Origin: Phoronis australis
Taxonomy: Eukaryota > Animalia > Phoronida
Assembly: GCA_002633005.1 (NCBI GenBank)
Contig: NMRA01000254.1
Location: 494,533 to 558,532 of the forward strand
Direction: 5' to 3'
Length of the DNA stretch: 64,000 nucleotides
Both the position numbers and the translations under genes were made by a program. The notes beneath the pieces are model-generated. The model made no database searches and was not told the origin of the DNA. It saw nothing but the letters and a program-made list of their open reading frames with translations. This document shows positions 1-13,690 of the stretch, piece after piece; the stretch's first letter is position 1; the number at the start of each line of letters is the position of its first letter.

Positions 1-896
1 AATATCTTGACCTTACAGTTATTCATTAATTGAATAGAAAAAAATCAAGATGGCTGATAAAATGGCCGCCAACTCACAAAACCCAAATTTACTGCATGTG
101 CGTTCTGCAAAATGAGTTTGTACTTGATAAGCGTTTAGACAAAAACATTTTGCAATCTACAGTCAGGCTTAACAAGTGAATTATTTAGTTTGTTTTTTAC
201 ATTTAGACCATAAGTGTGGAATTTTAATCACATTTTAGAGTATTAAATATAGAAGTAGGTGTGTTTTTCAGAGAACGCTTAGTTAATTTTTCATCATAAA
301 TTTCAAACACGCAGAAATTTTTCTCCAAATTACATTCCTTTGAGGCATCAAAAATAATATTTGGTAAAAAAACATGTAGTTTTTGTGGAATTATTGGCCT
401 ATTCGTTACACCAACCCTGAATCACACTGGACAGGAATTGGCTTTGCTCTCTGTTATTGGAGATATTATTAGTTGTTCCCATGCAAAGAATTGGTCTGCT
501 GCTGACATGAGTGGAGAATGTAGCTGCTAAGTTTATTTGCATTTGATTAAAAGAAAGTACATTTGAGTGACAAAAAGTTAATCGAGTTGGAGGATTGCCA
601 ATTTCCAGAAAACACGGGGATACATGTAATCAACTAGAGTTCTCTGCTTCACCGTATTCCATGGTATAGAGGTGCAACATTTCAGACAGTTGGCAGAGCT
701 TATGTGGATTACTTCAGCAAGTACACTCAGCCTACATGTACTGTTATTTTTGATGGTTTTGGAACTGGCCCATCAACTAAAGATGTCTCCCATTTTCGAA
801 GACTCGGTGAGGTGGTTGAAGCTGAAGTTCACCTCAACGGTGACATGGTGATCAAGTGAGAATGAGCATCCTTGGCAAACAGCAAAAATAAAGGTT

Positions 897-3088
897 TAAA
901 GTGATATATATTTATTGAAGAATACACAGAACATACAAAGAAATAATGACAAACCCAGAAATCGCGAAGCAATATATCCGGGTTGTAAACAATTTATACA
1001 TGTAAATGAGACTAATATATATAGAGGTATATACATATACATTTAAGTACATGTAGTATCTGATATATAAGTATTTCAATACTTAGATATGCTATTATAA
1101 TATGTAAAAACAAAAATATGTACAGATTCATGTATGCAAATCAGAAGCAACAATATTGATAAACGGTACATAACATTTGCTAACGTTGCCTAGGAGGAAT
1201 TCATTGAGAACGAGGTCAAGGTTAGGACAGCCATTCAATAATGATGTAACTTTAGTAGGGATATTATTACAAGAATTGAGAGCGTATACAACTGATTGGT
1301 TCATTGAGTGCACGAAAGAGTGAGTCTCTCAGGTATTCGCTGAGAGGACATTTGAAGAAATTATGAGGATAAGATTGATGGTCACCACATTTACAGTTTG
1401 GAGAGACATTAATAAAGTTGTGCCTAAACTTGTCAGAGTTGAGGAAAAGACAACATCTTGATCTGTAGAAAGCTATTTCGTTGTCGCGGGGAAGGGAGGA
1501 TTGAGTCAAGGGTGTTGAGTTATCAAAATTATTTTTATACTCGTAAAAAAGTGGCGTTCCTTAACAGAGACTGGAAGAGAATTCCAGTTGTTGATGCACA
1601 TCATGACTGTAGACCTTCTGAATGCCTGACATAACGACGGAGGAATTGCATATAGGGTGGAGGATCTCAAATCACAACGATGGCCTTGTCTAGTGTATAG
1701 ATCAAATATTTTTTGACAGAGGCGTTGTTGACATTGTTTATTACTTTAAAAGTAAATGTGGTCATGTGAAGATTGCGTCGAGTAGACAGTCGGGGCGACT
1801 TGAGACTATTTTTAAAAAAACCTTAACACTATTGGATCCCCTGTAAGCTCCACTTGTGAGTAAGGTAGCTTGATACTATAACTTCTCCAAATGCTGGAGT
1901 GCACCCGTATTGGCAGACTGATATATAATGTCACAATAAACGATATGTGGAAGTATAAAGGATTTGAACAAAATTTTAAATGTGTCGAATTCAGATGACG
2001 AGAGACAAGTGGGTTAAATAGTTCGGGATTTTTTTGTACGAGCTCCCGAACGTGATGTGTAAATGAGAGTTTTTCATCTAACAGTATACTAAGATGTCTG
2101 TGCGACTGTTTTCTAGGAATGATTTCATCATTAAGTTTTAAGTCATAAGACGGGTCAACAAGGAAGAGAGCATTAATAGATTTGGAGAAGGTGACGTCAA
2201 CACTTTTTTCTGGTTTAAAATTAATACTCCATTCTTGTGACCAACAGCTGAATTTATTTAAGTCGTGTTGAAGCTGCAAAGAACTTTCAGGGCTGCTCCT
2301 TGTGAAGGGGTAAAAAAGCGCCGAGTCATCTGCATAAAAGTATGTGCTACACGACAGGTTATCAGGAAGGTCATTAATATAAACCAAGAAGAGAAGATGG
2401 CCCAATACGCTACCCTGCGGTACACCTGCGTTTACGAATCCAGGAGGGGATAAAGTTGAAAGTACGCCGTCGACACGAACACTGTATGTTCTACCGGACA
2501 GATATGAGGTGATCATGTTAATAAGATTACCATTAATGCCATAGGATCGAAGTTTTTTGAGGTAGAAGCTCGTGAAGGACACAGTAGAAAGCAGAAACTA
2601 TATCTATAAAAATGGACCTGACACTCTCGCCATTCTCAAAATGTAAATGAATCTCATGTACTATTTCAACAAGTTGTACCACGGTGCTGTTCCCACGCAA
2701 AAAAAAACAAATTGACGATGATACATTTAGATCAATTTGTTTTGTTTGAGAATTGTGAGAATACTTTGAGCAATGATCGTCTCGAAGTTTTGGATGGAGA
2801 ATCAAGTAAAGTTGTTTGGCGATAATTTGAAATGTCAGTTTTGGAGTCTTTTTTGTGTATAGGGACCATAATTCCATGTTTCCAAGAAGACGTTGGCAAT
2901 CATTTTGATCATTTTGCTGATGATAAAAGCTGTGCCATCATTCTTATTGGGGTCAGTTTCATTGAGATACTTCCGGACATCAGTTTGATTAGCTGGGATG
3001 TCAGACAGTTGATTGAGACAACGTTCACGAAGAAAGGGAAAGTTGCCTACTTCAGTTGGTGTAAAGTGGCTTTTGTTCTTTGAAAAAC
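897..3088 (-). mobile_element. 5'-truncated CR1-group (CR1/L2-like) non-LTR retrotransposon, frameshifted RT
   Basis: ORF 1812-2582 has GVPQGSVLGHLLFLVYINDLP and YADD; C-terminal CKCG..HNFFKCP motif (1267-1509); AATAAA near 911-916 on minus; 11-bp direct repeat AAATAAAGGTT at 886-896 and 3089-3099 (TSD). Confidence 0.85.
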
Positions 3089-3828
3089 AAATAAAGGTTC
3101 ATTCACTTCTTGTCAAGTTTCCTATGACATGCTGGTTGCAAAGTGGTACAAGCTCAAGGTGAAGCTGATGTTTTAATTGTCGAAACATCAGTAAAGAACG
3201 CAGACGATACAGACTTGTTGGTTCTTTTGTGTTAACATGCTACTTCACAACAATTTCTATTGTTCATGAAATCTGACAAGAGGCCCTAAAGCAAAACCAG
3301 ATTCAGGAACATCGAAAAACTGCAGCTGTCTCTTGGTGCCGAAACGTGCGCGCTTTTGCCATGTGCGCATGCAATAGGTGGCTGCGATACATCGCGGCTG
3401 TTTAGTATTGGCAAGGCTCTTCTGTTCAAGAAACTTCGTGATCTTGAAATCTGCGAAACCGCTAAAGTATGCTCTAGACTAGTGTAGATAAACTAAGACA
3501 TATTTGAAGCTGGTAGAAGAGTTGTGCCTATGCTCTAGGGCGGCGCTGGCTAAGGAAATTTGGATGACTTGCAATACAGGGGATTTGTGGAAAAGGAGTT
3601 ATCAAGTGTAGCCCCAGTCCAAATACAGTCATTGCCACCAACTGCTTTAACAGCTAAATTCCATGCTGCCAGGAAGTACTATCAAGCGCAAGAGTGGTCA
3701 AGTTTCCGTGGCAGTGGCTTAGATCCCCTGGATTGGGGATGGATGCTGGCAGGTGGAAAAGTCATCCCCAATGAGGACGGACCAGCCAGCTGCACCAGAG
3801 AACCTGCGGAAAGTAGTAAGATGAATAA

Positions 3829-4787
3829 TTAAAAACCGGACGAACGCCTCATTCATTTTGAAAGGAAATGCCTTTTACAGGTATTCAAAAAATTCAGAGG
3901 GGATCCAATGGCACGCAATAACTGGAAAATCACTATCAAAATTTAAATTGGTGGAACAAATTCTCCAGGCGCGGTGTAACAAGCAATTGACCAGACCTCT
4001 CTTGCATTTAATCGGCACAAAACTATCAAATTTAAGATAAAGCCCAGAAAAACAGGGCTTACGATACACAGACGTTACAATGTTGTTATTCTCACGTTTA
4101 CCCTCTGATTTTTTTGAATTGCTGTAAAAGGCACTTCCTTTCAAAAATAAATGAGGCAGATTAGGAAGCTGTTATTGGTCCCGAGAAAAAGAAAGTTTTC
4201 TTTTCTCTTGGTTACACCGGACCAAGTCCCAGCCGTTAAACTGATAGTACTTTTCAAACCTCTCCGAAAACATTCTAATAGGATTTATTGAACAATAGAA
4301 ATGTTGTTTATAAGGTTGAACGTAACAACTGTAAGGAATTCTATATCGGACTCACGCAGAGACTCCTCGGTAGCAGGCTGAAAGAACATCACACCTCGGA
4401 GAAAAAGCAACATATAAACATGTAGGCATTGTGTTATCACTAATCACCAAACTAATTCAATTATTATTATCTGCAGAGCACCTAATAAGGAATTAATGTA
4501 CATTAAAGAGTCATTGATCATTCAGAACCAGCATGCTACGGATTCTCTTAATAACATGCAGAGCTCAGTGACCCTGCAACTATGGTGATGACCAGCTACT
4601 TACTATTCTGTGTATCTCTTACTTCACTTTATGGATGTTACCTGAGCTGTATGTTGGCACTTGCTGTCCTCTGTAAATATTATCCTGAAGATTTCTAATG
4701 AATAGAAATGTTGACTGAACATGAACTTTTTTATTTGTGAGGCGATCGTCCGATTTTTAATCTCACTTTGGAAAAAAATGAATTAAT
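3829..4787. mobile_element. Penelope-like element fragment (RT C-terminus inverted, GIY-YIG endonuclease remnant)
   Basis: Minus ORF 3875-4144 has TSVYRKP..YLKFDSFVP..KRGLVNCLLHRAWRICS; plus strand ~4297-4400 has NVVYKV..CKEFYIGLTQR.LGSRLKEH; inverted copies 3828-3851 vs 4738-4761; direct repeat TAAGATGAATAA at 3817-3828 and 4788-4799. Confidence 0.8.
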
Positions 4788-7127
4788 TAAGATGAATAAG
4801 ATGGTCGTGCAAGGCTGATTGCAGTTCCAAGAGATACATGTATACTTGCAAGAAGTTACGTTGCATTTGCAGAATGCTGTGGTATAAGCGACAGCAATTC
4901 ATTTCTAGTTGACCTAGATTAGTAAATAGTGGTTGATTGTGTATTGATTTTTACCACAGACTGCGAAGTACTGCTTCAGGTTGATTTGTAAATTAATCAC
5001 AGAGAATTATTTTCGACACAACACGTTTTTCATGAGAAGAGTGACCCTTTAGTGCTGGGGAACCTGATGTTTTTCACCCAAATAAGTTGTTGAAAATTAA
5101 TGACAATGGTAGTCGTAATTATCAGAGCCAGACAAAAATTGTTTTAATGGACGTTTTGACCTAAGAAACTACCACTCTCGTGTTGTAATGCAAATTTGGC
5201 TGCCATTTTGTCTGCCATCTTGAAAAACCAACTTTCGCCACTCCATTTCCGGTAGATTTTTTCCTGACACTAAGGGGTGTGATAGGATACGATTTATGCA
5301 ATGAAACCTTCTGATGCATTTTCCGGGTCATCCGGAGCATTACTGGACTATTGCATCGAAACACGCAATCCTTGACACCACTTTCTCCATCCCCCTTTAG
5401 CGTATAAATGGGTTTCCCCTTTATGGAAAACAACACCGGGAAATCTGACAACATTCCGTTTGAAGGTATCGTAGTAGTCTATATATCTGTCCTCCAACAG
5501 CTAAAAGAATAAGTTACCGATATATTGAAGAGAATTTTTAAAAAAACACATATTATAGTCCCTTTTGCAACTTACATGTAGTAGAGTTAATAAACGCTTT
5601 TCTTCACCAACTGATCCACAATTCGACAAGGAAACTTGACCGAATGCACAAACTAAATCACTGATGGTAGACATTGTTGTCAAACTCTCGCCCATCAAGT
5701 AAAACACACCCAGATCAAAATCCAACCCTATTACTTGATTGTTCTATGTTCTTTTCCGGTTATGTGATCGAAATCTAAGGTCAACTGGTTGAAAAAAGTG
5801 GGCATTTCACGGATAAACCAAGTAAAATTTGTGTTTGAGACTACAACGTGGCGGTCAACATCTATAACTCGATTGACGAAAACTGGCTTCAAATGTTGCC
5901 TTTTAGCATGAATTCTTCAAATTTCTCCAACATAAAAATACAGTTGAGGGAAGAGGGGAGGTAATTCTTTCTAGAAATTACCATTTTATATCAAGAAACA
6001 TTTTCCACTAAGATCTAAACTTCGACAAATTGGACCACACACTTAAAAGCGTTCTGGTGGCTCTCAAAGAAAACCAAGAAAGGTTAATAGTTACAATGCA
6101 ACAACACACAAATGCTTTATTTGCACTGCAACATACTTGTTTTCCAATAAAAACACCAGTTTGTACACTTTACTTTGCAAGGGGTCAAGACAGCGCCAAT
6201 TATTTTCGCCGAATGTTGCCCATAAAATTAAGTCTAGCGTTTAGGAGAGTCTTTAAAAAGTGTCCCACGGAGAAGGCTTTCGGATATTTTTGAAGAATTA
6301 AGTCTGAGCAAAATTTTTTGAAGCACGGCTTATGCGTAAGATCACAGATTTTGTCCATTGAAAATATGCCAAGTAAACGCTCCATGCACTGTAGCCTATG
6401 GTGCAATATAATACACAAACTATTAGCTTGTTTGGCGAAAGTGCCTACCACAACGTACCTTTTGTGCTGTTGCAGGTTCTATCAAACATTGCCTCTTAAA
6501 CATAAAAAGGTTTTTGTTCTAGCTGAATTGGTTACGACATCTCTTTACTACTTGAGTACTTTTCACGGGCTAGGTATACGCGACATCTGTTGTTGAGTTT
6601 CTGTAGATCGTTACAGTGCCTCCTTATCAATACCCTTCACGCGTTAGGCATAAGGACATCAGCTGTTGTTGAGAGATGACAGAAAACAACGAGAAAAAAC
6701 TTATTCAACAACGCCACTTGGCGCACGCAAAATAAGGCACTCGACCTTTCGGTCCTATTTAGTACGCAACATAACGAATCCCCTGCACTCTCGATCAGTT
6801 TAACTCTACAAACACAAAAGTACTCAACGTCTTTTAGTGTCAGAACATCGCCCTAACCTACATGATGATGTCAGCAGTTACATAAAATCCAATTGCATGA
6901 TGACCTTGTCTTCCTTCCGGCTTACCGACGTCTTCTGGTTACACTCATGACCTCGACCTTGGACTGAGGACCCTTTCTAACAGCCCTAATTAAGTCTATT
7001 ACGTAATGATCCATGACGTCATTGTCTCTTCTATCCGGTTGGCAGTTGACGTCACTTCCGGTTGTCCCATCACACGTGACATTTCATCTTTAACACTTGT
7101 ATGACTTCCCAAATAGGCCTCCTGAAC

Positions 7128-10100
7128 ATTTTTTTTCAAATTTAATACATTTATTACAAAAGACAGGTACATATACAAATATACACAGCACAACACAACA
7201 CAACACAACAGCGCACAGAACTGTGCAAAAAAAATAACGAGAAAGTATTTCATTGTTACTTCCAAGATAAAAAGTACTACTTAAATTTCTGTTCCGGCAT
7301 CTGATCAACTCTCTGGCTCCCTTCATGTTTCAAAACACATTTCCAATCTTCCCATTTTTGTATCGTGAAATTTCCGTGTGTTTAACAAAGAACTAACTTC
7401 TACATTAAAACACACCCTCAAATCTTAAATTAGGTTTGACGTTTGCAAATTTCATTTTAAAAATGAAAATTTTAGTTTGTAATTAACCAATTCAAAATTC
7501 CATTTTCTTCATTTTGAAGACCAAATACAATGGTGGTTTTGTCTATTACAAATCTTACTTGCATTGCAGTCATTAACCAGAGACTTGCCCCATGCCAGAA
7601 CGAATTAACATATTCACATTCAAAGAATAAATAAGTTTTGGGAAAGTATTTACAAAAAGTACAAGAACTTGAGTCCACATACCTAATCTTATTTAAAATA
7701 ATTAGCTGGTAGAATTCTATGCAGTAAGCGGAACTGAAAGAAATGTACATGTAAGCTTGTGTCACTCGTACATTTATGTGGAAGTTTGTAATAGAAATTC
7801 CACATATTCTCTGACAGCGAAAATCTCAGTACTTCGAATTTCTTTTGTGCCGATGCCATTATGTCATTTTTGCACAGAATATGGTAAGAATCCCGACATC
7901 CCTTTTTTGTCAAAATAATATATTTTTAGAGAAAAAGGTACAATTGGTCAATATACCTTTTTAGTATGGAGTTTTTGGAAAAGGTATTCAGATAATTTTT
8001 ATTGCACTAACAATTGAATAATATTTGAGAAAGCTGGCATTAATCTGATCAATCGTCTGGAAACTTCCAAAGGTGTAGAAGTTACAATTCTAGTCTAAAA
8101 TTAGTTCAGGAAAATTATACCTTTTTCGAGGAATGACTCATAAGTACAAGGGCTGTATTCACTGTAATACTAATGTTGGCCCACACATTAATTGACACCG
8201 CATCTTCGTGACCTGAAATCGTCTGTTTGTGAACTAAAAGGCTCCAATACAGGAAGCATTCTTTCCAAAAAGAGTCACAGTTATCCGATCTAGTCAACCT
8301 ATAGTCTCTATAGTTCAACATTCCATCTCTAGTAAGCCCGAAATCTTTTTGCAACAAATAAGTCCATGGAGATGTTGTTAAAAATCTTCTAATCCATGAA
8401 ATTTTTAAAGGCATAATTTTTTTGACATTAATCATCCTCAACCAAACCTCTTCTATAGACGTAATGAGTACTCGTCTTTTTATTTTATCAGGTTTTCCGA
8501 CCCAAATGAATTTAAAAAAACATTGTTTCAATGTCGCCAAAAGTAGTATCATTGGGCCTTTGGAGCAATATCAGCTGATGAATAATTTTTGGAAGCACAA
8601 GTGCTTTAAATACTGTGACCTTTCCAAAGATACTCAGCTTTCTACGAGACCAAATATTAATCAGATTCTTCATTTCCATTATTTTTGCATCAAAATTTAA
8701 AAAAACTCAGTGCAGGTGGTCTGTTGTCATTTGCGGTGCATCAGACGTGCGCAGGCTTCATGGTTGGGCCCACTGCACAAAACAAATGAGCAAAAGCGCG
8801 AGAGCCCAATTATGACTCCTCGTGAAGAAAGTTTTCAAGTCTGCTATTCTCTTTTAGGAAAACGTACAGAACAAGTTATCTTAGGATATAGTTTCCAAGT
8901 TGACGCTGAAATTAATACCCAAGAGCTTAAAATCAACGTCACCATATTTTATTTTCCAGCGTTTGCGGTGAAACACATCTTGAGAGAATTTTCTACTTCC
9001 AATCCACACTACTTTTGCCACGACATCCCTGCATAGAACTCTAGGTTGTTCATAAAGGCTGCCAGGGATCTTGGATTCCGTTTAATGTGAAAGTTTTGTC
9101 ATTTGCGTATTGTGTTATAACGTAGTCTTCGTCGTCAATTTTAATACCTTTCACTTCAGGATCATACATGTATTTAATCAATATGGACAAAATTTCAGCA
9201 CACAGTATAAAAATATAAGGGGAAAGAGGATCACTTTGTCGACATCCGCGTTCCAGTATGAAGTTGTCTGACAGGAATCCATTTTGTATGACACGGGCAA
9301 TTGGTTTATTATAAAATGTTCTTATCAATCGAATAATATTGGCTTTGAAATTAAAATTATCCAGGACTTTGAATGTAAAGTCCAAGGAGACTCTATCAAA
9401 AGCCTTTTCAAAATCTGTCAACACAAGTAGTCCTGGAATGTTGTGTTCGTCTGTATAACTCATATCATAAATTAGTCTTGTGTTCTCAGCCATAAAGCTT
9501 CCTTTAATAAATCCAGTTTGGGTATTTGCAATCAGTTTGTCTAGAACTTTTTTAAGTCTGTTTGCAACCCATCCCGAAGCCAGTTTGTATACACTATTCA
9601 ATAAAGTTATCGATCGCCAGGTTTTCAAAAACTGTTTCGGCTTGTCTGGTTTTGGAATACATGTAATAATCCCAGTCCGTTGAGTTGTAGACATTTGTCC
9701 CACTTCAAGACTACATTTATTGTGCAGCAATACAAAATATTTTATGTCTTCCCAAAACAGCTTAAAAAACTCCATCGCAAAGCCATCAGAGCCTGGAATT
9801 TTCTCGTTTTTTTGTATTTTTTAAAACCTCAAATAATTCATCAAATTGAATATTTATTCATTTTTTAATTGGATTTCTTCCAAGTCCGAAAGTACCGGAA
9901 GCCGAAAATGTCCGAATACATTATTCAACATTTCTTCGCTCTCAGACCTCGAAGAATATAAGTTCTTATAAAAATTCATCGTCTCGCATGAAATTTCCTT
10001 TTGATCCGTAATACTTTCTCCTTCTTCTGTTTCTATAGCATATATCCGCTTACTAAAAAAGTCCCTTGATTCCAAGTTGCGAAAATATTTGGTCGGGCGT

Positions 10101-11130
10101 TCTCCACTTTCAATCCAGTTTGCTCTTAGCCGGACAACATAGCCCTTGAAAGTATCTCTTCCTAATTCTTGTAAATTGGTCTGTTTTGCTTCTTTAGTTG
10201 TAATATCACCTTCAGTCGGGTTGTCTTTGCTTTCCAGCTTCTTAATGACTTGTTCTAAATTATGTTCATAATTGAGGTATTTTTTTCTTTATTATTGAGT
10301 GGTCTATAGTTGTGTTACGGATTTCCATAAACAGGACATCTAGGAACAACTGGTCATTAATTACGAAACGAACTTCATTGTTAGAAATTGTATCGATCAT
10401 TTAATAATTGTAAACTGGAACAAAATACTGACGTTGTACCCTAGTAATTCTTTCTTTAATATTTTTAGTATATTCCAAGCCACCCAATAGGAATTTTGAA
10501 TTTCCAAAAGCCTTTCCCTCTTAAGATTTCTTTCATATAATTTAACACTCAATAGCACACCTGACTGATCTTATCTGTAACTGTTTATTACGTTAATTTT
10601 ACACACACAGTGAAGTAAGTCCAGACTCGCCTTCTTAATAGGATTTTTGCGTCTCTATGTATAACGGCTTAAATTCTGGTGGAATTTCCTAAATGGATCT
10701 ACGAGGTCCCACATTTGCATGTGGTCTTTTAATTTCTCACTGGCATTTGGATTATTGCGTTGCTTAAAGTAACACATGGCTTTTGACTGGTCTAAAACAA
10801 GATTGAAATCCCCACATGTAATATTTTTTCATTACCCACCTTCTAAATTTTTTTAAAGAGGTTTGAAAAATGCTAGGTTTATCCTCGTTTGGACCATACA
10901 AGTTTATTACTCAGCATTATTGCAACTTCTCTTGTATTGCTCTTGAATGAACTGAAATAGCAGGAAAACATCCACTGTAATTGGACTTGATCCTCCAAAG
11001 CCTTTACAAAATGAGTATCTTGAAGACAATAAATTTTGTATGACTTTTCTTTTAGGTACTTTAGAACATCAAGTCTTTTCCCGGAATCTACAAGTCCCTG
11101 ACAGTTTAAAGAATGTTTTTTAATTTCCAC
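7128..11130 (-). mobile_element. L1/Tx1-clade LINE, near full-length ORF2 (APE endonuclease, RT, C-terminal zinc finger), decayed; 5' region may extend to ~12000
   Basis: APE start SLNCQGL..YCLQDTH (10879-11130); RT with WRSITLLNSVYKL, DFEKAFD, GCRQSDPLSPYIF, QYAND (9050-9775); FIWVGKPDKIKR (8115-8552); CTFC..LFFECEYVNSFW (7472-7765); AATAAA and A-tail at ~7128-7155 on minus. Confidence 0.9.
8700..8820. repeat. Short dispersed repeat (~120 bp) inserted in the L1; also at ~52500-52615 and ~56677-56790
   Basis: GCGGTGCATCAGACGTGCGCAGGCTTCATGGTTGGGCCCACTGCACAAAAC matches GCGGTCCATCAGACACGCGCAGGCTTCATGGTTGTGCCCAGTACACAAAAC. Confidence 0.65.
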
Positions 11131-12155
11131 TCTTGTTGAAGTTTAATTTGTGGACCACGACTAAATTCAAGTACTGCTCTCACTGGCATTAAGCATTTAA
11201 CGTTTTCAATTGGATTGATTAATTTTTCTGCACATACTGCCAGTGAATGTTAGCACGGTCTTGAACATAAAAACATGTACAAGAGAAGAAACACAACGGA
11301 CACATAGCTACAAAGACAAAGAAAAAAAACTGACAATAAATGAGGGAGCTGTAACAGCAACCACAACATACACCTGAGACGGCAGGAGCCCTGAATATGA
11401 GAGGGCAGCCCGCATCGACAGTCATCCCATGCATGTTTAGCCCTGGATATTTGAACAGTTACTGTAGTTATAATGGTATACCACATCTAATGGCAAGCCA
11501 AATGAAGAAAAAAAGAAGCACTCCGAAAGAAACCACTGCATTTGAGCACAAGCCATTGATACAACCCTGATTTATTTACTACCAGATGTACAGCATTTCA
11601 CAAAGAAAAATTTGAATCAATCTAAAGCTCGTAATTGCAAGAGATAACTTGCCGAACAAAAGAATCAAATAGGAACTAATACTTAAAAATGCAATTATAT
11701 ATACAAATAGCTAAATAGAGAAACTGAAACACTAAATTAACACGAAATACATGTAAAAGTACTAGTATCAAATTACGAGATGACACTGATATTCAACGCA
11801 AACGCAATTAATACAAAACATGTTAACGCCGCCTAAAATATTAACCCAACTCCGTACGATCTGACGACTAACTAAACTAAGTAATCATGCGCCATCATTT
11901 TATTCACAATTCAGAACCCGTCCGGCGTTGGCGTCTGGCGTTGACTCTTCCAAAGACCTTCCACAAACTCGTTAACTTGTTCCATTCTCTTCATTTCTTG
12001 GACAACTTACTGTACTAATGATTTTACGCGAAGAGATTGACCTCAACTTCTGAATAATGAAATGTCAGTTCTTTGTTCTGTGTCGAAAGCAAAACAAACA
12101 AAGATTGCTAGTCAAAAGTGCTATAATTGACTTTCTTCGACAACAATTATTACAG

Positions 12156-12392
12156 ACAGCCTTGAATGTAAGTTCCTCGCGTCCGGCAAGGATTACAATG
12201 GAACCTTGTCAGTCACAATGTCGGGAAGGACGTGTCAGAGATGGGATGCACAGACTCCTCATACTCATACTGTGGCTAATGCGGACACAATTGAAAACTA
12301 CTGCAGGAACCCAGACGGGGAACAGTCGCTCTGGTGTTACACAACTGACCCTTCAGAAAGATGGGAGTGTTGCCCAGTACCATTTTGTTCTG
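12156..12392 (+). CDS. Kringle exon K1 of a kringle-repeat protein
   Basis: ttattacag|..|gtgagt, 237 nt, phase 1-1; ECKFLASGKDYNGTLSVTMSGRTCQRWDAQTPHTH..ENYCRNPDGEQSLWCYTTDPSERWECCPVPFCS. Confidence 0.92.
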
Positions 12393-13210
12393 GTGAGTGA
12401 ATGATGTGTAATCGATCATGAATCTTTGTCTGTCCAGAAATGGTACCATATTCCTCTAATCAGTTATAGTGCCTCTATTTCAGTTCATCGTCAGGAGACT
12501 GTTTTATCAAAGGCTGTAAGTCCAGTTTTATAGCTAACACGGTCGAAACCTCTACTTTAATTTACTCGCTGTACATCAACGTGGCTCCTGCACACAGTGG
12601 TCGTTTTAACTTAGAAGTCTGAATATGAAAATTTAGTAACTTCAGGTACAACGTTTCGCACTCATAAAAAGCGCAGCATCAAGCACACTGTAGGCATTAC
12701 TGCCGTGCCTACGGTCATCATAGTTAGTTAACTTAGCGTTATCTTTTTGCACTCAGGTGGCGATCATGCTTTAGAATTGAAGTAGATGTGTAAGAATTCG
12801 TTACTGTCATTAACTGCAATGATGAAAATTATTAAAAACCAAGGACTCGTAAAACGTATGTGAGGTGGCGACGTAGTCAGGTAATTTCTAAAATCCATTT
12901 CCACCAACCTTAGACAAGTTCATACTGACACAACGTTTCAGTTGTTTAGCTTGTCATCTGCAAGTGTTACAAAGTGCCAGTCTGAGAGCCGAAAGATCTC
13001 AGGTTCAAATCCTGCCTTGCTCCAAAAATTGTGACAACCTTAGACCACCAAGAACGTAGTATATCTGTGCATAAACCTCTAAAAACCGTAAGTCTGCAAC
13101 ACCTGAAGATGGTTGGATAAATGATGAAACGAGGTGTCAATTGAAAAAAGGCTAGAATTTGTGTAAATAGATAAATAGACTTTAGAAAAACATTACCTGA
13201 TTTTTTACAG

Positions 13211-13447
13211 GCCACCAAGATTGTAAAAGGGATGGGTGGGGAGCTTCTTACAACGGAACAATTAATATAACCATGGCAGGCATACCGTGTCAACGGTGGG
13301 ATACGCAACTCCCGCACACTCACGCCAGTTTTGAAGGACTACATGAAAACTTCTGCCGAAATGTGGGGAGGGTACGTGAATCTCCATGGTGCTTCACAAC
13401 AAATCCCTCCATTAGATGGCAATACTGTCCAGTTCCATTATGCTCGG
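13211..13447 (+). CDS. Kringle exon K2
   Basis: ttttttacag|..|gtaagc, 237 nt, phase 1-1; HQDCKRDGWGASYNGTINITMAGIPCQRWDTQLPHTH..ENFCRNVGRVRESPWCFTTNPSIRWQYCPVPLCS. Confidence 0.92.
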
Positions 13448-13690
13448 GTAAGCACACGGTTTTCAGGAGAGGTGAAATGTCTACAGGCCGAATCATTCTT
13501 CAAACAGATGTAGAAACCTATATCCGCCTGATTGAGAAACTTTGTCTTTTAACATAATAGGAAATATAAACTACATTGGATGTTACTTGTTTATCTCTAA
13601 ATAAGCAACAACCAAACATTTAAACGTGAACCATTAATTACATGTAGACGAAATTATGCGAATTGGTGGTGGGCCGTAACTCATAGCGCT

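Larger units (their letters stand above)
1..5350 (+). mobile_element. Decayed AcademX-like DNA transposon (XPG/FEN1-like nuclease plus Cys-rich C-terminus), interrupted by a LINE and a Penelope element
   Basis: Broken plus-strand frames give QAQGEADVLIV..DDTDLLVLL (~3150-3230), HAIGGCDTSRLFSIGK (~3370-3415), QSLPPT..FHAARKYYQAQEW..DPLDWGW (3620-3745) and CKADCSSKR..TCKK (~4808-4855). Subterminal AAGATGGC/GCCATTTT motifs occur at ~48-70 and ~5200-5222; probable end ...GGACTA at 5350. Family assignment is from motif memory. Confidence 0.6.

Noticed and set aside
7010-7082. Cluster of TGACGTCA, CTTCCGG and CACGTG motifs (promoter-like)
   Set aside because: No linked first exon found; it sits among transposon debris.
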